This document shows, piece by piece, positions 63,576 through 64,000 of a stretch of 64,000 bases of DNA. Source of the DNA: Thermoplasmata archaeon (GTDB lineage: Archaea; Thermoplasmatota; Thermoplasmata; UBA10834); assembly GCA_041554135.1 (NCBI GenBank), contig JBFFML010000001.1, positions 95,459-159,458 of the forward strand, written 5' to 3'. Within the stretch, counting starts at the first letter, position 1, and each line of letters starts with the position of its first letter. Made by a program: the position numbers and the translations under genes. Below the pieces are notes generated by a model that saw nothing but the letters and a program-made list of their open reading frames with translations, was not told the DNA's origin and did not search any database.

Positions 63576-64000
63576 TCACTTGAACAGCATCTTCGCGTCC
63601 ACGACGACGACGCCCTTCTCCTTGACGAACACAGGGTTCAGGTCCATCTGGTCCAGGATGTCCATGTACTTCACCCCGAGTTCGGACACCTGGAGCAACA
63701 GCTTCACGAGCGCGTCCCGGTCGACCTTTATCTTCCTGTAACCCTCGAGTATCGGCGCGGCCTTGATCTCGCTGAGCATCTCCTCCGCGTCCTGCTTCTT
63801 GATCGGGACGACCCTGAACGTCACGTCCTTGTAGACCTCGGTGTAGATACCGCCCAGGCCGAACATTATCGTCAGGCCGAACGTCGGGTCGTCTATCAAC
63901 CCGACTATGACCTCGACCCTCCTGTCCTGCATGGACTCCACCAGTATGGGTTCCGTCTCGAACCTGCTCCTCATCTTCGAGAACTCGGCCTCGAAATCGT
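63576..64000 (-). CDS. ADP-forming acetyl-CoA synthetase (acetate--CoA ligase) ATP-grasp/beta-domain, C-terminal part; 5' end outside the window
   Basis: ILVESM...VEVIVGLIDDPTFGLTIMFGLGGIYTEVYKDVTFRVVPI...ILEGYRKIKVDRDAL...DLNPVFV. The frame stays open upstream of the track's ATG 63974 to the window edge (…DFEAEFSKM…). Confidence 0.7.
   Translation of the reverse strand, partial: DFEAEFSKMRSRFETEPILVESMQDRRVEVIVGLIDDPTFGLTIMFGLGGIYTEVYKDVTFRVVPIKKQDAEEMLSEIKAAPILEGYRKIKVDRDALVKLLLQVSELGVKYMDILDQMDLNPVFVKEKGVVVVDAKMLFK

Overview
GC-rich, densely coding archaeal chromosomal segment. The lineage guess of Thermoplasmata/Methanomassiliicoccales-like is an inference from gene content. Archaeal-only markers include ADH synthase plus DHQ synthase II, GHMP-type shikimate kinase, RibL, archaeal riboflavin synthase, L40e, RFC small subunit, diphthine synthase and Trm5/Trm1.

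I call about 62 protein genes. Two are absent from the ORF track: mre11, which runs off the left edge, and the 49-codon L40e gene. I saw no rRNA, tRNA, CRISPR array, transposase or integrase.

Most of the window is core metabolism and information processing:
- A 12-gene minus-strand array (12248-24659) joins the archaeal aspartate-semialdehyde-dependent shikimate pathway to asd, the COG1900/NIL-ferredoxin/COG2122 homocysteine module and aspartate kinase. Ten of its 11 junctions are 4-nt stop/start overlaps.
- carAB, a riboflavin/FAD operon, a MacB-like ABC exporter, glyA, purA, topA and rfcS.

The most unusual locus is 25.3-31.6 kb. It holds a DMT transporter, two divergent amber-free MttB-family genes, one DxHxxG corrinoid protein and an amber-free MtmB-family gene. 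No MT2 methyltransferase or reductive activase lies nearby. I know of no characterised pyrrolysine-independent MtmB homologue.

Secondary observations:
- Two genes whose only sensible N-terminus is a CTG embedded in a CTGA overlap (aspartate kinase and a membrane protein).
- An in-phase G GGG GGG heptamer at the aroC/tyrA junction.
- An AroD-AroE fusion.
- A degenerate FtsZ paralogue.
- Candidate operators upstream of carA and in the shikimate/ACT-regulator divergent promoter.

All functional calls rest on by-eye motif recognition. No searches were run.
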